In this document: positions 21,441 to 30,329 of the stretch, piece by piece | Layout of the letters: every line of letters starts with the position of its first letter | Numbering within the stretch: position 1 is the stretch's first letter | Assembly (NCBI GenBank): GCA_038231455.1 | Contig: JBBRLI010000007.1 | Location: forward strand, 32,001-96,000 | Reading direction: 5' to 3' | Source of the DNA: Vulcanimicrobiales bacterium | GTDB taxonomy: Bacteria; Vulcanimicrobiota; Vulcanimicrobiia; Vulcanimicrobiales; Vulcanimicrobiaceae | DNA: 64,000 nt | Made by a program: the position numbers and the translations under genes | Notes under the pieces: model-generated | What the model was told of the DNA's origin: nothing | Databases searched by the model: none | What the model saw: only the letters and a program-made list of their open reading frames with translations

Positions 21441-21622
21441 CGCGCTTCACGCACGAACGTCTTCTCGACAACGGCATCAATCGCAAGATCGCCGAGGGGG
21501 CCGAGCGACTTTGCCAGCGGCTTGAGTACTTGCGCGAAGAGCAGCGCATTCACACGCTCGGCGACGAGGGCACGGTCGGCACTAACTGCGGTGGAGGTTG
21601 TTTGCGATGCGCAGCATTTCAT
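21437..21622 (-). CDS. Small protein between flgG and sigma factor, possibly a reduced FlgJ rod-binding domain (start uncertain)
   Basis: Stop overlaps sigma ATG (ATGA); VNALLFAQVLKPL loosely resembles FlgJ FE.LF...MLK.M; position downstream of flgG. Confidence 0.4.
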   Translation of the reverse strand: MKCCASQTTSTAVSADRALVAERVNALLFAQVLKPLAKSLGPLGDLAIDAVVEKTFVREAR

Positions 21623-22310
21623 CCGCGGCTTGCACTCCTTTCGCGTTTGCCTCGTACGCGCGCTGGGCGCCGAGGATCTGCATCATCGCCTCGACGATCG
21701 AGACGTTCGATTTCTCGAGCATGCCGAACTGAATCGCCGGACCGCCCTCACCACCGGGAGAAAAGCGGTGCGCCGTCCCCGATTGTGTTGTCGCGGCAAA
21801 GAGAGTTGCGCCGAGCGGACGTAGATTCTCGGGTGAGGGAAACGATGCGAGTTGCAGTGTTCCAACGATGCGATTCTTCGCCGTCGGCGTATCGATCGAG
21901 ACGCGACCGCTGCGTTCGACCCGCACCGTAAGCGCATCACTGGGCAAACGCACGCCCTCGAGCTGCCAGCCTTTGCTGTTGCGTAAGGTTCCATCCGGCG
22001 CCCGCGTGAATTCGCCGGCCCGTGTATATGCGCGTTCGGCGCCTCGGTGAACGATGAAAAAACCGGCTCCGTCGATTGCAACATCAAAGGGGCCGCCGGT
22101 CTTCATCAGTTTGCCTTGTTCGAAAAGCGTATGACGTCCGAGCGTCGTCGTTCCAAGCCCGAGCGATCCGCCGGCGCGCACGTCGGCAAAAGACGCTGCC
22201 ATGCCCTTGAAGCCCGCGACATCGGCGTTGGCGAGATTGTCTGCTACGATTTCAAGATTGGTCTGCTGCGCCGCCATCCCCGAGGCGGCCGCATACATCG
22301 CTCGATTCAT
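21582..22310 (-). CDS. flgG: Flagellar basal-body distal rod protein FlgG-like
   Basis: MYAAASGMAAQQTNLEIVADNLANADVAGFK, DVAIDGAGFF, YTRAG.F, LEKSNVSIVEAM..I..QRAYEANAK..QAADEML. Confidence 0.88.
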   Translation of the reverse strand: MNRAMYAAASGMAAQQTNLEIVADNLANADVAGFKGMAASFADVRAGGSLGLGTTTLGRHTLFEQGKLMKTGGPFDVAIDGAGFFIVHRGAERAYTRAGEFTRAPDGTLRNSKGWQLEGVRLPSDALTVRVERSGRVSIDTPTAKNRIVGTLQLASFPSPENLRPLGATLFAATTQSGTAHRFSPGGEGGPAIQFGMLEKSNVSIVEAMMQILGAQRAYEANAKGVQAADEMLRIANNLHRS

Positions 22311-22316
22311 GTCGCG

Positions 22317-22337
22317 ATGGTACGCGGTGAATGTTAC
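22317..22337 (-). promoter_or_regulatory. Leaderless promoter of flgG: GTAACAT-N8-TACCAT-N6-ATG
   Basis: Same motif and spacing as upstream of the second rod gene (24816-24836). Confidence 0.6.
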
Positions 22338-22590
22338 CGGTAAACAACCGGTGCATGTCCGGAAAATCGCGCTTGGCAGCGGTGCTCTACCTTGTGCGAT
22401 ATGCTAGACTAACGAACCACACATCGAAAACACGGAACCGCGAACGGATTGGAACGACTGGTGAGTGACGAATTGCTCGACGCGATCGCGACGGCAGTTG
22501 ACGTCTCGACGATCGCGCGTCGAATCGAACGGCACGAAACGCGAATCGCCACGCTCGAAGGCCGGCCTTGAAGTGCGGCTTGGTCCCGTC

Positions 22591-23457
22591 CTAGAGGACG
22601 ACGCGCAAAATGCCGGCCGCAAGGACGCACGCCATCCCAGCGATCGAACGCGGCGTGAGTGTTGCGTGCAGCAGCACGACCGATAAGACGACCGTCGAGA
22701 GCGGTTCGAGCGTGCCGAGAATCGAGCTCCGCTGCGCGCCGATGCGCGGCAAACCGATCGAGAGACCGAGGATCGGAATCGCCGTTGCGACGAGCGCCAT
22801 CGAACCGCCGAGCACCAGTTGGTCGCGGTCGAGCGGAAGCACGGGAAGTCCGCGAACGAGCGTGATGATGCCGTAGACGACGGCCGCGGACGCCAGCAAC
22901 GTCGCCGTCGAGCGCAGCGGCGGCAGGCCGGCAAGCACGCGAACGGCGATCAGAATGTACGATGCGTACACGGCGGCTGCGGAGAGTCCGAACGCAAGAC
23001 CGCTCGCGTGCAAACCAGAACCCGGAGCGGCAACCATTAACCACACACCGCCGCATGCAAGCGCCACAGAGAGGATGCTCCGTTTTCCACCACCGCGTCC
23101 CGCAAGCCGTTCGGCGATTTCGATAATTACCGGAAACGTGAAGAGTAACATGATTGCAATCGGCGGACCCGCATCGGCGACGCTGCCAAGAAAGAGGCCG
23201 GCTTGCAGCGTGTAAATCACGCCCAGGCCGCAGAGCGCGAGCAGCCGATTCCGCGGAATCGGTCCTTCGCGAAGGGCAAGCGCCGCGAGATACACGATGA
23301 GCGCTCCGCCCGCGAAACGCCACAAGAGCAAGGTGGGGATCGCGATGCCACGCGCGAACGCTGCCTGGCCAAAGAGGCCAAGCGATCCAAAGGCGATTGC
23401 TCCGATGGTCACCGCCCATAAACCCAGGCGCTCATTGCGATCGACGGATTGATTCAA
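22591..23457 (-). CDS. EamA/DMT-family transporter (start TTG23457 or GTG23412)
   Basis: About 10 TM segments; LLLWRF, LLFTFP, GLAFGLSAAAVYASYI, LGTLEPL motifs. Confidence 0.88.
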   Translation of the reverse strand: MNQSVDRNERLGLWAVTIGAIAFGSLGLFGQAAFARGIAIPTLLLWRFAGGALIVYLAALALREGPIPRNRLLALCGLGVIYTLQAGLFLGSVADAGPPIAIMLLFTFPVIIEIAERLAGRGGGKRSILSVALACGGVWLMVAAPGSGLHASGLAFGLSAAAVYASYILIAVRVLAGLPPLRSTATLLASAAVVYGIITLVRGLPVLPLDRDQLVLGGSMALVATAIPILGLSIGLPRIGAQRSSILGTLEPLSTVVLSVVLLHATLTPRSIAGMACVLAAGILRVVL

Positions 23458-23501
23458 CTCCGGCTTGTGCGGCGCGACGGCCGCACGTTCATGCCGCGGG
23501 C

Positions 23502-24137
23502 TTAGAGCTGAGCTAGTCGCGGAGCGATGGACACCGCTTCGATGGCGTGAATCGCGCCCGATGAATCGCGCCAGGCTGCGGTAAGGATTCCGAGCAGCAC
23601 GCCATCGGAAGTGAAGATTCCCGAGCCCGAATTCCCGTGTTCGCACGTCGTGCACTGGATCATGAATCCATCGATGCCCGAGCCATCGGGCACGTTCGGC
23701 GGCGCATCGATGATCGTCGCGTCGGCGATCTGCCAAAAGCCGCTCGCCGGATGTCCGTAGAGAAAGACCGCACCGTCGCGTTCGGCTCGTCCGAGTGGGG
23801 CGATCTCGAATTGGCGGCGGTTCGCAATTCGCGCGGTGATCGTCGCAAGATCGTTCCCGATCACGCGCGTGCTCAGCACGGTCATCTCGTCGCGCCGGTC
23901 GTCGATGACACGGACATGACCCGGCGCGATGATATGTGCGGCAGTCGCCACGGTTACGATGTCGCCGCTCTGCGCGATGATCACACCCGTGCCGATTGCT
24001 GCGCGGCGCGCGTCGAGCATTGCCTCGACGACCACGGTAAGCGTGTGCGCGCGATCGGCCGGAGCGGTTGAGGCAATCGACACGGTTGGGAGAACCGCGA
24101 GGCACAGTGCACTCGCCAAACCCAGAAAACGCAGCAC
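23502..24137 (-). CDS. Secreted trypsin-like serine protease (S1)
   Basis: Signal peptide; TAAHI (His), DLA (Asp), GNSGSG (Ser). Confidence 0.85.
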   Translation of the reverse strand: MLRFLGLASALCLAVLPTVSIASTAPADRAHTLTVVVEAMLDARRAAIGTGVIIAQSGDIVTVATAAHIIAPGHVRVIDDRRDEMTVLSTRVIGNDLATITARIANRRQFEIAPLGRAERDGAVFLYGHPASGFWQIADATIIDAPPNVPDGSGIDGFMIQCTTCEHGNSGSGIFTSDGVLLGILTAAWRDSSGAIHAIEAVSIAPRLAQL

Positions 24138-24152
24138 GGCCGACCCCCGTAC

Positions 24153-24190
24153 CTTAAGATAATCTTAAGTTTTCATAAGATGCTCTTAAT
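24153..24190. promoter_or_regulatory. Operator-like repeats upstream of protease gene
   Basis: Perfect palindrome cttaagat-a-atcttaag (24153-24169); hexamers cttaag/cttaag/cataag/cttaat at 24153, 24164, 24174, 24185 (10-11 bp period). Confidence 0.6.
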
Positions 24191-24218
24191 CCGTACGTTG
24201 GTCCTGTTGCCGCTCGAC

Positions 24219-24809
24219 CTATTTTAGCCGGGCGACTTCACTCGCCGTTTTCTGGCGCGTCTCGTCGATCGCCGAGAACGTTTTTTGCGCGGTTTCGAAG
24301 GCGCGCTGAGCGCTTAGGATCGCGAGTGTTTCGCCGACCGCGTTGACGTTAGCCGTCTCCAGGAACCCGGTTTGAAGCGATGCGCCCGCGGCGAGTGGAA
24401 TGCGCCCGGCGATGCGTCCACCCTCGCGCACGGTCCCGTCGCGTTCGATTGTCGCTACGTCCGAGACGCGGATGGCGCGACCGTGTGCGTCACGCAAGCG
24501 TTCGCCGCGATCGTCACTCAGGTACCCGAAGCGATCGCGCACGAAAGCGCCGCTGCGCGTTTGATGGTCGCCGATGCGGAACGAACCGGGTCCCAAAATC
24601 GCAACGTCGAGCGCACGGCCCGTATGCCGCAGGGCGCCCTGTTCGGTCGATGTGGTTTCGCGCGCGATGAGACCGCCCGCTGCAAGTTCGACGTGCGAAT
24701 CAAAGCGGCGATACCCGTCGCTCGAGACGTTCGCAAGGTTGTGCGTTGCCGAATCGAGTTGGGCTCGCGCGGCGCGCATGGCGCTGGTCATCCACTGCAT
24801 ACCATCCAT
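24219..24809 (-). CDS. Short flagellar basal-body rod protein (FlgF/FlgG-like)
   Basis: LDSATHNLANVSSDGYRR, TGRALDVAILGPGSF, TRSGAF, FLETANVNAVGE...AQRAFE. Confidence 0.85.
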   Translation of the reverse strand: MDGMQWMTSAMRAARAQLDSATHNLANVSSDGYRRFDSHVELAAGGLIARETTSTEQGALRHTGRALDVAILGPGSFRIGDHQTRSGAFVRDRFGYLSDDRGERLRDAHGRAIRVSDVATIERDGTVREGGRIAGRIPLAAGASLQTGFLETANVNAVGETLAILSAQRAFETAQKTFSAIDETRQKTASEVARLK

Positions 24810-24815
24810 AGCGCC

Positions 24816-24836
24816 AGTATGACAGGCCGATGTTAC
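24816..24836 (-). promoter_or_regulatory. Leaderless promoter of second rod gene: GTAACAT-N8-CATACT-N6-ATG
   Basis: Identical heptamer and spacing to the flgG upstream region. Confidence 0.6.
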
Positions 24837-24854
24837 TGCACGGTGATCGTTTCG

Positions 24855-25424
24855 TTAACGTCCGGTCTCATCGCGCACGAGTGAGGTCAACACGTGATCG
24901 CGCCACTGCCCCGCTAAGAATAAGTAGTCCCGTGCGAAGCCTTCGACCGAAAAGCCGAGCTTGCGCAGCACGCTCGCACTACGCTCGTTGTGCGGCTGGT
25001 AGTTCGCCATCAATCGGTGCAGATCGAGCGTGCCGAAGGCATAGGCGATGACGGCCGTGAGGGCTTCATGCATGTAGCCCGAGCCAACCCCGTTCCGATC
25101 GAGCGAATAGCCCAGATGCGCGGCGCGAAAAGCGCTGTACACGACGTTGGAGAGACCGATCGTACCGACAAACGGTCCGCTCGAATCGCCGCGCATCTGC
25201 AAGATGAAATGAAATCCCGCACCGCGCATCGCAGCATCGCGGTTATCGCGAATCCAACGTTCCATGCGATCGAGGGTGTAGAACGAGGCATCGCGCGTGG
25301 GATCCCACGGTGCGAAGTGTTCGCGATTGGCCTCGTAATACGCGAGCTGGCGCGCTGCATCTTCGATGTCGGGCAAAACGATTTGCAGTCGTTCGGTGAG
25401 AATCGGTGCGAACGGTCGGCTCAT
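24855..25424 (-). CDS. RimJ-like GNAT N-acetyltransferase
   Basis: NREHFAPWDP, AAHLGYSLD..G.GYM.EAL, LHRLMANYQPHNERSASVLRKLGF..EG.ARDYL...G.WRDHVLT. Confidence 0.88.
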   Translation of the reverse strand: MSRPFAPILTERLQIVLPDIEDAARQLAYYEANREHFAPWDPTRDASFYTLDRMERWIRDNRDAAMRGAGFHFILQMRGDSSGPFVGTIGLSNVVYSAFRAAHLGYSLDRNGVGSGYMHEALTAVIAYAFGTLDLHRLMANYQPHNERSASVLRKLGFSVEGFARDYLFLAGQWRDHVLTSLVRDETGR

Positions 25425-26323
25425 GCCAGGCCCGCTGCGATTCCGGAACAATCTTGCAGACGCTCGCCAAGCGATGCCGGCACGACGTGACACGCGGCGG
25501 CGACCGACGGCAAGACTTGCGAGCGAAAGCGCGACCCCACGTCCGCGACCCAGCCCGCGCCAAGATACATCGCGGCGCTGCCGAGCACGATGCGCTCGAC
25601 GACGAGCAAATCCGCAAGCAGCGCACACGCATCGCCGACGACGCGTGCGTTATAGCCCAGCACGTCTCGCGCGTCGGCATCGCCACTCGCGGCAAGCGCA
25701 CCAAGTTCCGGGGGCGTCGGCGTACGGACACCCCAGCGCGCCGGATGCCGCCACGCCGCAATCGAACTGAGGGCACGGCCCGGACCGAGGGCTTCAAAGC
25801 ACCCGGGCTTTTCGAAAAACGCCGGACCGTCATCGACGTAACGAACGTGTCCGATCTCGGGTGAACGGCCGCGAGCGCCGCGGTAAAGCTTGCCCGCGAG
25901 CACCAGACCCGTTAAGAAGCCCGTGCCGCACGTGAGGTAGGCCAGATGTGTGACGGCGCCGTGCTCGCCGAAGCAAAACTCCGCCCATGCGCATGCGCCT
26001 GCATCGTGCTCGACTTGCACCGGACGATCGAGTGCCCGTTCGAGCCGCGCGCGTAACGGAAGCGCCGTCCACCCCGGTAAATTCGGGGGATCGTAAATGA
26101 TGCCGGCTTGCGCGTCCATCGGTCCGCCGATTGCAACACCGATGCGTTCGATCTGCGGAAAGCGGTGGATGTATGTTTGGCCGGCGCTCACGATCTGCGC
26201 GATGAGCGGCTCCGGGCCGCGCGGCGAATCCGTGGCGAATGCGATCCGTTCGAATATCGCGCCCGTGCGATCGCCCACGACAACGCTCGTCGTCGTCCCA
26301 CCGACGTTAATCCCGAGTAGCAT
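25421..26323 (-). CDS. ROK-family sugar kinase
   Basis: GINVGGT, IGVAIGGP, EHDAGACAWAE, TCGTG, PEIGH, GCFEA. Confidence 0.85.
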   Translation of the reverse strand: MLLGINVGGTTTSVVVGDRTGAIFERIAFATDSPRGPEPLIAQIVSAGQTYIHRFPQIERIGVAIGGPMDAQAGIIYDPPNLPGWTALPLRARLERALDRPVQVEHDAGACAWAEFCFGEHGAVTHLAYLTCGTGFLTGLVLAGKLYRGARGRSPEIGHVRYVDDGPAFFEKPGCFEALGPGRALSSIAAWRHPARWGVRTPTPPELGALAASGDADARDVLGYNARVVGDACALLADLLVVERIVLGSAAMYLGAGWVADVGSRFRSQVLPSVAAACHVVPASLGERLQDCSGIAAGLA

Positions 26324-26326
26324 CGA

Positions 26327-27061
26327 TTAGACGAAGCTGTATGGGGGGCGCGGGCCTTCGAGGTAGACGGTCAGTCCGGCGCTTTGCGCGTTCGCGGAAA
26401 AACGTTCGAGCACCGCGCGAAACCCCTCGACGCGCGAACGCTGCACGAGAAACGCACCAGAGAGCAGATGTTGCGGGAGCGCGCTTGGATCGAGCGGTCG
26501 CGAAGCGTTCGCGAACAGACCGCAGGCGCGCCAGAGTTTTCCGATGGTCTCCGTCGCCTCGGCAGTCGCGTACGCGGCGATCGAGGGCGTCTTCGAGCGC
26601 GAATGCGCCGAGCGCAAAACGTACGGATTTGCACGCGGTACGGCATGCGGGCCGAGGTAGGCGTGAATCGCCCACTCGTCTTTTCCGCTGATGCGCGCAA
26701 GCGCCCGGCGCCAGCGGTCGTACGACTGCTGCGCGCGTTCGTTCAGTTCGGCCATGCTTTCGTAAAACGTCAGAAACGGCGCGGGTACGACGGCACCGCG
26801 CGCCATCGCGCGATCGAGGACCGTTTCGTGCACGTGTGCTTGCCCGACGAGCCACTGCGGATCCGAGCGCTGACGCGCGATCGCATCGTTTGACCATGCT
26901 TCTTCATCGACGTACCGCACCAAGAGAGCGACGCGCTGATAAGGCACGGCGGTCGCGCGCGAACCGTCGATCACGAAGCGCCGACCGGCAAGCGCAGCAT
27001 CGCCCACGCCGAAAAACTGTAACGGACGCGAGGGGCGAAGCCGCGCCTGCGCCGAGCTCAC
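26327..27061 (-). CDS. GvpL/GvpF-family (gas vesicle-associated) protein
   Basis: GTG27061 overlaps divIVA stop; WL...A..HE.VL..AM..G.VVP..F.T.Y, L.RI.GK.EW, L..AFLV, GP.PPYSFV C-terminus. Confidence 0.75.
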   Translation of the reverse strand: MSSAQARLRPSRPLQFFGVGDAALAGRRFVIDGSRATAVPYQRVALLVRYVDEEAWSNDAIARQRSDPQWLVGQAHVHETVLDRAMARGAVVPAPFLTFYESMAELNERAQQSYDRWRRALARISGKDEWAIHAYLGPHAVPRANPYVLRSAHSRSKTPSIAAYATAEATETIGKLWRACGLFANASRPLDPSALPQHLLSGAFLVQRSRVEGFRAVLERFSANAQSAGLTVYLEGPRPPYSFV

Positions 27062-27597
27062 GGCGTGCTGCTCGTCCGAGCGGCACCGTTCTGATGCACG
27101 GAGTCGAAAAGCATCGCGGGCGCGGACGGAGCGCTCTGCACGCTCGGGCCGGATTTGCCTTCGAGCAGCGAGAGATGCGTGTACAGCAGGCTGCGCAGTT
27201 CGCTCTTGGCTTTCTCCACGTTCTCGTGCCAACGCTGGAGTTCACGTTTAGCGTCTTCGGTTTGCGCGACGAGATGGCCGTATTCTTTTTCGCCCGAGAG
27301 CCGCGCTTCGGTCTTGATCAGGTCGGCCTCTTTGTGCGCGGCCGCTTTTACTTCATCGGCCGTGCGCTGCGCGAGCAGCAAGGTCGACTGCAGCGACTCT
27401 TCCATCGCCTTGAAGTGGCTGATGCGCTCGCGCAGATCGCCATTCTCCGCTTCGAGCGCGGCGCGCGCTTCAGCGCCGTCCTCGAGCGTCTCGATGACCT
27501 CATCGAGAAACTGGTCGACTTCGGTGCGGTCGTAGCCTTGGAGCTGCTTCTTGAATGTCTTGTGCTGAATGTCGACGACGGTAATCTTCATCATCAA
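27058..27597 (-). CDS. divIVA: DivIVA-domain cell division protein
   Basis: ITVVDIQHKTFKKQLQGYDRTEVDQFLDEV followed by coiled coil (LQSTLLLAQRTADEVK..A.KEA). Confidence 0.93.
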   Translation of the reverse strand: MMMKITVVDIQHKTFKKQLQGYDRTEVDQFLDEVIETLEDGAEARAALEAENGDLRERISHFKAMEESLQSTLLLAQRTADEVKAAAHKEADLIKTEARLSGEKEYGHLVAQTEDAKRELQRWHENVEKAKSELRSLLYTHLSLLEGKSGPSVQSAPSAPAMLFDSVHQNGAARTSSTP

Positions 27598-28043
27598 CCT
27601 CGATTCGTTCCAAACGTGACTTTCGCGCCCAAGTCAAGCATCCCGTCGTTATCGAGCGAATCGCGCAGGCCCGCCGCGCTCACGCTCACGCCCGCCGGGA
27701 CGATCAGATAAATGGCGTCGGCCAGTTTTTGAATGCGCCCGTCAATCGTGTACGCGACGCCTGAGGTGAAGTCGACGACGCGCTGCAAGAGACCGCGGTC
27801 CGCACCTTGCAAGTTCACGATCACGACTTGGCGTCCGCGCAGGGCATCGGCAATCTCGGTGACCTCGGCAAAACTGCGCGGCGCAAAAACACCGACGGAA
27901 GCTCCGCCCGCTACCGGGCGCCGGTTTGCATCGGACAGGTTGACCACGTTGCGTTTGGGCGCCGGGGCGTCCATCCCGTCGTAATCTCCGTCTTCTTCCT
28001 CATGCAATGAGAAAAACGAACCGAGCTTCTGAAACAGACTCAT
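27594..28043 (-). CDS. sepF: Cell division protein SepF
   Basis: PRSFAEVTEIADALR..VIVNL...RVVDFTSGVAYTIDGRIQK...YLIVP. Confidence 0.93.
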   Translation of the reverse strand: MSLFQKLGSFFSLHEEEDGDYDGMDAPAPKRNVVNLSDANRRPVAGGASVGVFAPRSFAEVTEIADALRGRQVVIVNLQGADRGLLQRVVDFTSGVAYTIDGRIQKLADAIYLIVPAGVSVSAAGLRDSLDNDGMLDLGAKVTFGTNRG

Positions 28044-28729
28044 GCGGGTATCCTCTCTCGCCCGGGACGCGGCCCGAAGATCGCCGTGCCAAGACGAATC
28101 ATAGTCGAGCCGTGCGCGATCGCACGCTCCCAGTCACCCGACATTCCAAGTGAAAGCGTAGCACCGCCGACGGCGGCGAAAACATCCTGGGCGCAGGCAA
28201 ACGCCGCATCGGTTTCCGCTCCGTTTTCGGTGATCGGGCCGATTGCCATCACGCCGTCGACGTGCAGACCCTCATCGCGCAACCGCGCGGCAAGCGCCGG
28301 TGCTTCATCCGGTGCAACGCCGAAGCGTTCGCTCGGCGAGATATTCACTTGCACGAGCACGGAAAGCGGCTTGCCCGAAGCGCGCGCGGCCTTTGCAAGC
28401 GCCAGGCCGGCATCGAGTCGGTCGACGCTTTGCACCACATCGAAGAGCGCCGCGATCGGCTTTGCCTTGTTCGTTTGCATGTGACCGATGAAGTGCGTGC
28501 GTACCGTCGGCAGCGCCGCAAGCTTCTCGCGCGCCTCTTGCAAGTAGTTCTCGCCGATGTCCACGAGCCCAGCATCAAGCGCCGCGAGAACCGATTCTCG
28601 CGGCTGCATTTTCGTGACGCCGAGAATCCTCACAGAATCCGACGGCCGCCCTGCGGCGGCGGCGACGGCATCGACGCGCGCTCGAAAATTCTTCACGCGC
28701 TCGCCGATCGTCAGTGACGCGAGCTCCAT
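28040..28729 (-). CDS. yggS: YggS-family PLP-binding protein
   Basis: LGVTK, GENYLQE, HFIGHMQTNK, QSVDR, LSLGMSGD, GSTMIRLGTAIFG. Confidence 0.95.
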   Translation of the reverse strand: MELASLTIGERVKNFRARVDAVAAAAGRPSDSVRILGVTKMQPRESVLAALDAGLVDIGENYLQEAREKLAALPTVRTHFIGHMQTNKAKPIAALFDVVQSVDRLDAGLALAKAARASGKPLSVLVQVNISPSERFGVAPDEAPALAARLRDEGLHVDGVMAIGPITENGAETDAAFACAQDVFAAVGGATLSLGMSGDWERAIAHGSTMIRLGTAIFGPRPGRERIPA

Positions 28730-28741
28730 GGACCGACGTCT

Positions 28742-29551
28742 TCAAGACGCAGGAACGGTCCTCCCGCGTCGCACCGCGTAGACGATGAGAACGATGCCGA
28801 TGATAATTTGCGGAACGGTTAAGAGCTGACCGTTCGTAAGGCCGAGAAACGTGAAGCCCGGATCGCGCCAGATCTCCGCGATCGTGCGTCCGATCCCGTA
28901 AATCGTAAACCACGTCCACGCGACGACGCCAGGCGCCGGATGGCGGCGATAGACGTAGAGCACGATCGGAAGCGCGACGATGTCGAGAATGCCCTCGAAG
29001 ATTTGCGAGGGGTAGCGGTAGCCCGAGAAATTCGGAAATTGGATGCAGTAGGGATGATCGGGATTGCAGACCGTCCCCGGCAGCTCGTCGTTGATAAAGT
29101 TGACGATGCGCGTGAGCGCGATCGGAATTGGCAGCAGCACGACGACTTCATCGGCCAGCGTCCCGAACGTGAGCCCGCGATGTTTGCGCAAGAACGCAAG
29201 AATCGCCAGAATCACGCCGACGAGCGCACCGTGGAATGCCATGCCGCCGTTCCACACGGCGATGAAATCGAGCGGATGGGCGAGGTAGTCGGCGAGGTTG
29301 TGTCTCGTGATGACGTCGGCGATGAGGAAGCCGATGCGCCCGCCCAAGAGCACGCCGACGAGCGCGTAGACGAGGAAGTCCTGGATTTCGTCGGTTGTCA
29401 AACCAAGCCGGCGGCGGCCGGCCGGCCGGTTCATCCACAAAAAGACGCAGATGAAGCCAAAAAGGTAAGAAAGCCCGTACCAATGGATGGCGAGCGGCCC
29501 AAGGCGAAACGCGATCGGGTCGATGTTCGGATAGGTAAACCAGTGGGTCAT
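28742..29551 (-). CDS. lgt: Prolipoprotein diacylglyceryl transferase
   Basis: PNIDPIAF.LGPL.IHWYGL, GGRIG, GGMAFHG, RIVNFINDEL, YPSQIFE. Confidence 0.95.
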   Translation of the reverse strand: MTHWFTYPNIDPIAFRLGPLAIHWYGLSYLFGFICVFLWMNRPAGRRRLGLTTDEIQDFLVYALVGVLLGGRIGFLIADVITRHNLADYLAHPLDFIAVWNGGMAFHGALVGVILAILAFLRKHRGLTFGTLADEVVVLLPIPIALTRIVNFINDELPGTVCNPDHPYCIQFPNFSGYRYPSQIFEGILDIVALPIVLYVYRRHPAPGVVAWTWFTIYGIGRTIAEIWRDPGFTFLGLTNGQLLTVPQIIIGIVLIVYAVRRGRTVPAS

Positions 29552-29603
29552 GTGCCGCCGCTTACAGGCATGGAGATGCATCCGTCGTAGAATTCGGGTT
29601 GCG

Positions 29604-30329
29604 ATGCACCCGACTTTGAATATCGCGACGGCGTTTCTGGCAGGCCTCGTTTCCTTCGTCTCGCCATGCGTCCTCCCGCTGATCCCCGCCTATCTCTCGT
29701 TCCTGACTGGTTCGAGTTTAGAAGAACTCAAGACCACGCAGACGGCCGATGAGAAGCGCCGCGTGCTCTTGCACGCCCTCAGCTTCGTCGCCGGTTTCAC
29801 CGTGATTTTCTTGCTGCTCGGCCTTTCCGCCAGCGCCATCGGTTCGGTCTTCCTCAACTACAAGGACTGGGTCGCGCGCATCGGCGGCGCGATCGTGATC
29901 GTGCTCGGTCTCAACATGGTCGGTCTCTTCAAGATTCCGTTTCTCGCGATGGACAAACGCCCGCAGTTTCGCTCGGCCACGCGCTCCTATTCCGCGTCGT
30001 TTCTGGTCGGCATCGGGTTTGCTGCGGGCTGGTCGCCATGTATCGGTCCGATCCTCGGATTTATCTTACTGCAGGCATCGCAACAGAAGTACGGTGAGGC
30101 GACGCTGTTCTTGCTGGTCTATTCTGCGGGACTCGCGCTGCCGCTGATGCTCACGGCCGCAGCCGTTTCACAAGCGCTCGGCGTGCTCAACCGCGTGAAG
30201 CGCTACCTTGGCGCAATCGAAATCGGCGCCGGCGCGTTTCTGGTTGCGACCGGTATCGTGATCTTTACCGGCACGTTCACGCGTATTGCGGGCATCTTCT
30301 ATCAATACGTGAAGCCGCCATCATTGTGA
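29604..30329 (+). CDS. ccdA: Cytochrome c biogenesis / thiol-disulfide transporter CcdA
   Basis: AFLAGLVSFVSPCVLPLIPAYL and GWSPCIGPILG. Confidence 0.92.
   Translation: MHPTLNIATAFLAGLVSFVSPCVLPLIPAYLSFLTGSSLEELKTTQTADEKRRVLLHALSFVAGFTVIFLLLGLSASAIGSVFLNYKDWVARIGGAIVIVLGLNMVGLFKIPFLAMDKRPQFRSATRSYSASFLVGIGFAAGWSPCIGPILGFILLQASQQKYGEATLFLLVYSAGLALPLMLTAAAVSQALGVLNRVKRYLGAIEIGAGAFLVATGIVIFTGTFTRIAGIFYQYVKPPSL

Noticed and set aside
23145-23151. Another GTAACAT inside the EamA gene
   Set aside because: Intragenic, opposite strand, not followed by a -10 hexamer and ATG at the conserved spacing
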